Of a DNA stretch of 64,000 bases, positions 56,591 to 64,000 are shown piece after piece. Position numbers and translations under genes: made by a program. Source of the DNA: the human T2T-CHM13v2.0 reference genome, Homo sapiens; NCBI RefSeq assembly GCF_009914755.1, contig NC_060936.1. The stretch is one strand, 5' to 3'. The number at the start of each line of letters is the position of its first letter. Positions within the stretch are counted from its first letter, which is position 1. Below the pieces are notes generated by a model. It did not search any database. It was not told where the DNA came from and saw only the letters and a list, made by a program, of their open reading frames with translations.

Positions 56591-58017
56591 CACAAAACCA
56601 AAGAGATGCAATCAGAAGTTATACAAATCAGAGAGATGAAAGGAGGAAGATAAAATTATAATAGAGTTGGAAAGCAGGGAAAGATATGAAGGAGCACAGG
56701 TGATGAGCTGGGAAAAAATTAACTTCAAGTACTCACATGGAACCAAATATATTTTAAAAGATGCTGACATGTATTAACTCAGTAAAAATATAAGATTCTG
56801 AAAATGTACATCAATGTTATTTGTACTGCAAAAAAAAAAAAGAAAAGTGACTATTTTCTTTGCAAGGTCACAGAATGTGTTGTATTCATCATATCTATCA
56901 CTTCCAAAGTTGTCCCCTTTCATTTTTGTCAAATCTACTTTTAGGTGTCACCTGCCTATCCAGTGTGAGACCTTTGTTTCCACATTCCACTTATCCCTAT
57001 CACCTACTCTAAATGTGTGAGATTCACAAAGTCAACCCAAAATAAGATGGATGGTACTCGGTGACCACAAAGGGCTTCAATGAACTGTGAAACAGAGAAA
57101 CGAACCAGGCTCTAGGAAGAAAAGATTGGATGGACTAAGAAACTAAAGCCAGTCAGGGTAGTGAGCTTTACTCTATAATTTCTTCCAATCAAATGAGAAT
57201 TTGAAAGAGTTAAAAAAAATAAAGACTGAATCGGAGAGATAATAGTACTTTAAAATGCTTTGTTTTAACATGAATAATTTAATTTAAATATAAGTGTGGA
57301 ATATAATTAGCATATTTAACAGGAGGTACCACATGAACCACAGGTACCATGTGAGTTCTAAGAAGAAGCAGAATATTTAACAGTGGATACCACAAGGACA
57401 CTGACAGGTCAGAACAGGCGATGGTACATGCCCAGGATATGTTAGAGCTGAGTAGAACCAATGGTAAGCAAAACTGTAAGGTTGCCTTAGTTTAATAATT
57501 CCCAGGATCTCCTTCCTTCCTCCACATACCTGGTCTCTGAATTACTATTCTACCATCTTCATGCTTCCCGCTGGTCTTAGATGCAATCATTTTATCATCT
57601 TCCTGACCCTAATGCAATGATCCACATTATCTTTTGGCATCTCAATGTTATCAAAATTTGAATTTCTTGTCTTAAATTACTTTTATGGAAAAACGTGATC
57701 TGATAAATTAACACACTAAGGCATCATGAAATTCAGTAACACACTGGTGAGCTACTCCTCTCATGACCTGTCACAACCCATTCAACTTGATAACTCAAAT
57801 GCAGCTGAAGTACAATGAGATAAGCCAATGGAATTCTCTAAAGGAAAAATAGGAGGCTTTGTAGTCTTTTGACAGCTACTTTGGAGCAGCAGTTAGAATC
57901 CGTCAAATCCAATGATTTATTTTTCAATATGTCTATTTCTCCTTGAGATGTTCTAACTTGTAAAATAACACTTATAAATGTAAGCTTATTTGAGTCCAAT
58001 GCTTAGGCACCCCCCCC

Positions 58018-58315
58018 TTTTTTTTTTTTTTTTGAGACAGAGTCTCACTCTGTCCCCCAGCCTGGAGTGCAGTGGCACGATCTCGGCTCACTGCAAGCTC
58101 TGCCTCCTGGGTTCACGCCATTCTCCCTGCCTCAGCCTCCCAAGTACCTGGGACTACAGGTACCTGCCACCACGCCTGGCTAATTTTTTGTATTTTTAGT
58201 AGAGGTGGGGTTTCACCATGTTAGCCAGGATGGTCTCGATCTCCTGACCTTGTGATCCGCCCTTCTCGGCCTCCGAAAGTGCTGTGATTACAGGCGTGAG
58301 CCACCGCGCCCGGCC
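58018..58315 (-). mobile_element. AluY-like element
   Basis: Diagnostic tgcaagctc, ttcacgccattc and ttagccaggatggtctcgatc. Confidence 0.92.
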
Positions 58316-60311
58316 ACTTTTGAAATTATTATTTCTGGAATCCACTACTTCTCTTGAAATTCACTCTACAGTTACAGTTACATACTTTCTTATCTTGCCT
58401 TCTGAATTATGAATGATAATATCATACCTGAGTCATCATTGTATGTCATGGTAATGAATATAGTATGGCAGGTTAGGTAATTGACCTATGTTAGAAATAT
58501 GGCAGTAACCCCCTAATAATTTTTTTTTTAATGTTTGAATGATGTAATGAATGAAAGATGGTAGGTGAGGGAAATAGATTCTATTCAAGAATCTCTTGGT
58601 GTTGCCCAAAATAAGTTAGGATGTCAGTTAAATTGAACTCACTTTTTAAGACTCTGTAATGGAGTCTTTAGGCATGTTGATATGCTAAAACTCAAACTTC
58701 TCAGCTAGGAACTAAGTTTTACAGGGTCTTGGTTCAAGTATATGCTTCATCTTTAGTGGTCAGTGTGTACACTTAGGTGCCCAGGGCAGGCATGTTAGTC
58801 AAAATAGATGTTTTTTGCCATTTCTTCACTGTGCCATTACATTTCTCACACTTCACTCTGTTTTGAATGCAGTTACCACACTTCCCTCTCACATACCTGT
58901 CCAAATTTATGTTTAGTAGTGCTCCTGTGAAACATTTTTATTTCCCTATTAATGCACTTTTAACATCTATTTCATGTTATTTGTGGTTTATATCTCTTGA
59001 GGACAAGAATCATGGCATATCCATCTTTGTACACCCCACATCTTTTAGCAGAGTGTCAGTGAGTGACGTGGCCTCCCTTGAGGACATCACTGTGGGATCA
59101 TCTTCAGTAATGTCAGTCATCAGACTTTGAGGAACTAAAGAAACTGAGCCAAGTCTTGCTTTGAATGAATGATTTTATATAGACTCACCGAGACCAACAG
59201 TCTCCCGAAATTACTTCAAAGGCAAGAAGTGATATAAAGCTAATAATCCTATAGTAAATTTAGACAAATATAAATTATTTGTTCATGAATGAGAAAATTC
59301 TAGGTGTTTTCAAAAGCTGACTAAAATATCTGAAAGAATTATTTAAAAGAGAATTTTTGGAACAAGGTATAATTGTGCCAAGGGGTTCTGAGTATGATTA
59401 CAACAAACAGAAACAAACACTCAATTAATATATTTACCTAAGCAGCTAATTTCCTCCTAGAAGGAAAATGGCACTTAATTAATTTGGCTGAACAAGACTT
59501 CTAACTGTGAATTCTCAGCTATGCTGCTAATGGGGTCACCTAAAAGATCAGCTAGAAAAGCAGAAATTATTAAAGGGAAGAATTGGAAAAAAAAAACTTA
59601 TGTATGCCAAGGATTTTCTAATTAGTAACAATTACTTGATAAAGTTATTACCCTGTTTTAAATGCATTATTAGAATTATCTACCTAGAGGAGAATTGGTA
59701 GAAAGGGAATTGGATTAAATATAAGAAGTTCATTCAGGTTCAATTGGTCTGAAAGGAACCTGCTAACTTTTGGTTGTCTCTGGTGCCATCCCACATTCCC
59801 CTGCTAGCAGGTAGAAAGTGGCTCACCCTTGAATCTTATTCTTTCTCTCTTATGTAAAACGAGGAGAGTTGGATTGATAAAATATAAAAGGAAAGAAAAA
59901 CTGCTACCCATGTCCAGGAGCTATTGAAATAATTTTGCTGAATGTAACATTTTAGAAAACTTCAGAAGAATATTTTCAGCAACGATAGAAAATGCCTTGC
60001 TTTGATGTTACTTCAGAGATATCCAACTTTACTGGTCAATGTCATAGAGTGTCTGAATCAAATTCAAAATATTAAAGTGAACAAAATACAAATGCAAGTG
60101 AATTACACTGACAATTTGGCATTGAGATCTACATTTTAAGGCTTTTCTACTACAAAAATTAGGAATTAGTCAACTATGTCTGTAAATTAAACATGTGTTT
60201 GGATAGATTTTGGAAGTATGTAAATATAGAGTGACAAGTTAACTTTTCAACACCATCAGATGTTTTTGACATTGTTTTATAGCTATGTCAGATAAACATA
60301 TTTGTTAAGCA

Positions 60312-62170
60312 GTCTCAGGATACAAAATCAACGTACAAAAATCACAACCATTCTTATACACCAATAACACACAAACAGAGCCAAATCATGAGTGAACTCC
60401 CATTCCCAATTGCTTCAAAGAGAATAAAATACGTAGGAATCCAACTTACAAGGGAGGTGAAGGACCTCTTCAAGGAGAACTACAAACCACTGCTCAATGA
60501 AATAAAAGAGGATACAAACAAATGGAAGAACATTCCATGCTCATGGGTAGGAAGAATCAATATCATGAAAATAGCCATACTGCCCAAGGTAATTTATAGA
60601 TTCAATGCCATCCCCATCAAGCTACCAATGACTTTCTTCACAGAATTGGAAAAAACTACTTTAAAGTTCATATGGAACCAAAAAAGAGCCCGCATCACCA
60701 AGTCAATCCTAAGCCAAAAGAACAAAGCCAGAGGCATCAGGCTACCTGACTTCAAACTATACTACAAGGCTACAGTAACCAAAACAGCATGGTACTGGTA
60801 CCAAAACAGAGATATAGATCAATGGAACAGAACAGAGCCCTCAGAAATAACGCCACATATCTACAATTATCTGATCTTTGACAAACCTGAGAAAAACAAG
60901 CAATGGGGAAAGGATTTCCTATTTAATACATGGTGCTGGGAAAACTGGCTAGCCATATGTAGAAAGCTGAAACTGGATCCCTTCCTTAAACCTTATACAA
61001 AAATTGATTCAAGATGGATTATAGACTTAAACGTTAGACCTAAAACCATAAAAACCCTAGAAGAAAACCTAGGCATTACCATTCAGGACATGGGCATGGG
61101 CAAAGACTTCATGTCTAAAACACCAAAAGCAATGGCAACAAAAGCCAAAATTGACAAATGGGATCTAATTAAACTAAAGAGCTTCTGCACAGCAAAAGAA
61201 ACTACCATCAGAGTGAACAGGCAACCTACAAAATGGGAGAAAATTTTTGCAACCTACTCATCTGACAAAGGGCTAATATCCAGAACCTACAATGAACTCA
61301 AACAAATTTACAAGAAAAAAACAACCCCATCAAAAAGTGGGCAAAGGATATGAACAGACACTTCTTAAAAGAAGACATTTATGGAGCCAAAAGACACATG
61401 AAAAAATGCTCATCACTGGCCTTCAGAGAAATGCAAATCAAAAGCACAATGAGATACCATCTCACACCAGTTAGAATGGCAATCATTAAAAAGTCAGGAA
61501 ACCACAGGTGCTGGAGAGGATGTGGAGAAATAGGAACACTTTTACACTGTTGGTGGGACTGTAAACTAGTTCAACCATTGTGGAAGTCAGTGTGGCAATT
61601 CCTCAGGGATCTAGAACTAGAAATACCATTTGACCCAGCCATCCCATTACTGGGTATATACCCAAAGGACTATAAAACATGCTGCTATAAAGACACATGC
61701 ACACATATGTTTATTGCGGCACTATTCACAATAACAAAGACTTGGAACCAAACCAAATGTCCAACAATGATAGACTGGATTAAGAAAATGTGGCACATAT
61801 ACAACATGGAATACTATGCAGCCATAAAAAATGATGAGTTCATGTCCTTTGTAGGGACATGGATGAAATTGGAAATCATCATTCTCAGTAAACTATCGCA
61901 AGGACAAAAAACAAAACACCACATGTTCTTATTCATAGATAGGAATTGAACAATGAGAACACATGGACCCAGGAAGGGGAACATCACACTCTGGGGACTG
62001 TTGTGGGGTGGGGGGACGGGGGAGGGATAGCATTAGGAGATATACCTAATGCTAAATGACGAGTTAATGGGTGCAGCACACCAGCATGGCACATGTATAC
62101 ATATGTAACTAAGCTGCACATTGTGCACATGTACTCTAAAACTTAAAGTACAATAATATTAATAATTAAA
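60312..62170 (+). mobile_element. 5'-truncated L1PA3-like element (3' part of ORF2 plus UTR)
   Basis: ORF2 C-terminal pieces 60388-61353 and 61350-61949, with a frameshift near 61320; GAG-type 3' UTR; TSD aaacatatttgttaagca (60294-60311) / aaaaatatttgttcagca (62171-62188). Confidence 0.93.
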
Positions 62171-63599
62171 AAAAATATTTGTTCAGCATGTAATAAGAAA
62201 TTTATGGCATTTATGGAGAATCAGATGTGTGGTAGTATAAGAGTCAAAGGGCTATTTGAATAATTAAGTTTGCTTAAAGGGAAGCTCTAGGGCTATGGAA
62301 ATATCCATTATCAAACAAAAAAAAAATCCGTTCCAAATTCTGCAACTCCCATTTGAGGCAATAAATAATAATTGCACTCATCTATTGTATTGCTAAGTGT
62401 TGCTGCTTTATATTCCCCTTTCACTGAGGCAACTCAAAGACTTAAGATGCTTATAGATATAACCAAGAGAAAAGAAAAGCTCCGGAGAGTATAACAAGGT
62501 TCAAAATTGAAGAAAAAACTTTGAAGAGAGATTTTTTGTTTTTTTGTTTTAGGAGAATAGAAGAGGTAAGTCACCACTTCAATTACAGTTTATTCAGTAC
62601 TTGGATATTCTAACAATTTAAACAAGATGTGACATAATGCTTACCTAAGTCTATTTTCTCCCTACCATGCTTAGCTCTAAATAATCAACTTACCACAGGG
62701 AAAATCTGATCTGAATTTAGAGAGGGTTCTTATATCCCTTACACACAGTTATGATAGAGGTACGGAATAACAACCATAATTTGGCAAGTACCTGTATTTG
62801 CTATGAGCAGCTACGGTGCAATTCTTGAAATCATCTATAACCCACATAATCATGGGGTCCAACTGACTATAAAAATAGATACACTTTGTGAAATATTATT
62901 CATGAGCTATTAACCACAAATGCACATATGTTGTAATTAATATTTATCAGCTATGGAAAAATCAGTAGGCAGTATTTTGGTTCAAATTTAAATAAATTCT
63001 TTTTAAATGCAACTAAGTCATGCTTGGAAGAGCAAAATGTTCTGTATGGAGTGCTAACTCTGTGTCACACACTGTTCTATGATGATAATCTATTGTGAAC
63101 ATTTTTTTATAGGAGTAAGTACAATTTTAAACAAAATCATTGTTATTTTTTTCCTGCTATTAAATTGTATAGATGTAATTTATGCCATTTAACAATTTTT
63201 CTCTCTTGGAAAGTTAGGTAGGTGGTTTCTAATTTTATCATATTATAACAAAGTTCTTTTGAGTATTCTCAGGAGGAAAAAAATAGTTTCTTTTATACCT
63301 GGATGGAGAGGTATGGGGCAATTCCTAGGAGTGAATTTGTTATAACAAAGATTGTGTGCATTAAAAAAAATTATAGGTATTAGAAAATTTTCCTTAAAAA
63401 AACCTTTATCACTTTTCTAGCCACATGACTGATGATATTACGTTCTACTCATGTCTAAGGAAGTGTCTCTCTGAAAAGGATTTAAGCGTAAATTTCCCAA
63501 TTTACACTCACCAGACCTAGTAGAATTGTTTACTCAAAACCAATTTGCTGAGTAAGTATTTTAAATAAATTCCTTATACTTGAATTACAGTGTGGCAAT

Positions 63600-63795
63600 T
63601 TTATACTCTGTTCTTCCTTTCCTTCCTACCACCTCATATATCAACCTTATTTTCTATATATGTGCCAGTCTTCTCTATTAGAAAATAAAATCCTGCCTTT
63701 TATCCTGAGTGTTTTATTCACCTTTATTTTCCTTTCAGCTCCTAGCACAATGTTTTAAAAATTCTAACTACTCAGCAGGTGTTTGCTGAATAAAA
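63600..63795 (+). mobile_element. L2 3' remnant
   Basis: cagctcctagcacaatg..actcagcaggtgtttgctgaataaa. Confidence 0.6.
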
Positions 63796-64000
63796 ATTAG
63801 CCATGGAAAATACATACATACACTGTATGTATATATTTATATATATCCATATCCAACATATCAATGTGGATATATGTGTGTTCATTTACATGTCAACATA
63901 TAAACTGATATAACAGTTTATAAATTCATATGCATATTCATATATAATTTAATACTAGAGCGATATTTCCTTTCTCAGTTGCATGCCAAATATTTTAAGC

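Noticed and set aside
63810-63950. Short inverted repeats such as atacataca-c-tgtatgtat
   Set aside because: They are expected by chance in TA/CA low-complexity sequence.

Overview
This is human genomic DNA, identified by a pre-Ta L1HS (a human-specific subfamily), from an AT-rich, gene-poor region. I found no host protein-coding gene, RNA gene or CRISPR array; every credible long ORF is retroelement-derived. The window is a layered stack of transposons: (1) a full-length pre-Ta L1HS on the minus strand with intact ORF1 and ORF0, an ORF2 broken by one 1-bp deletion, and a 19-nt 3' transduction between two poly(A) tails; (2) a two-LTR HERV-L provirus inside an L1MA; (3) two two-LTR THE1 elements; (4) an old full-length L1PA13-15-like element containing a twin-primed L1PA4-like insert; (5) a truncated L1PA3-like element; (6) nested solo LTRs, four full Alus, and L2/MIR/MER5A relics. 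I see no support for a new biological system. The best leads are the L1HS transduction tag and frameshift, four small templated-insertion or foldback scars, and asymmetries between the HERV-L LTRs. Subfamily names and consensus comparisons come from memory and need RepeatMasker/Dfam confirmation.
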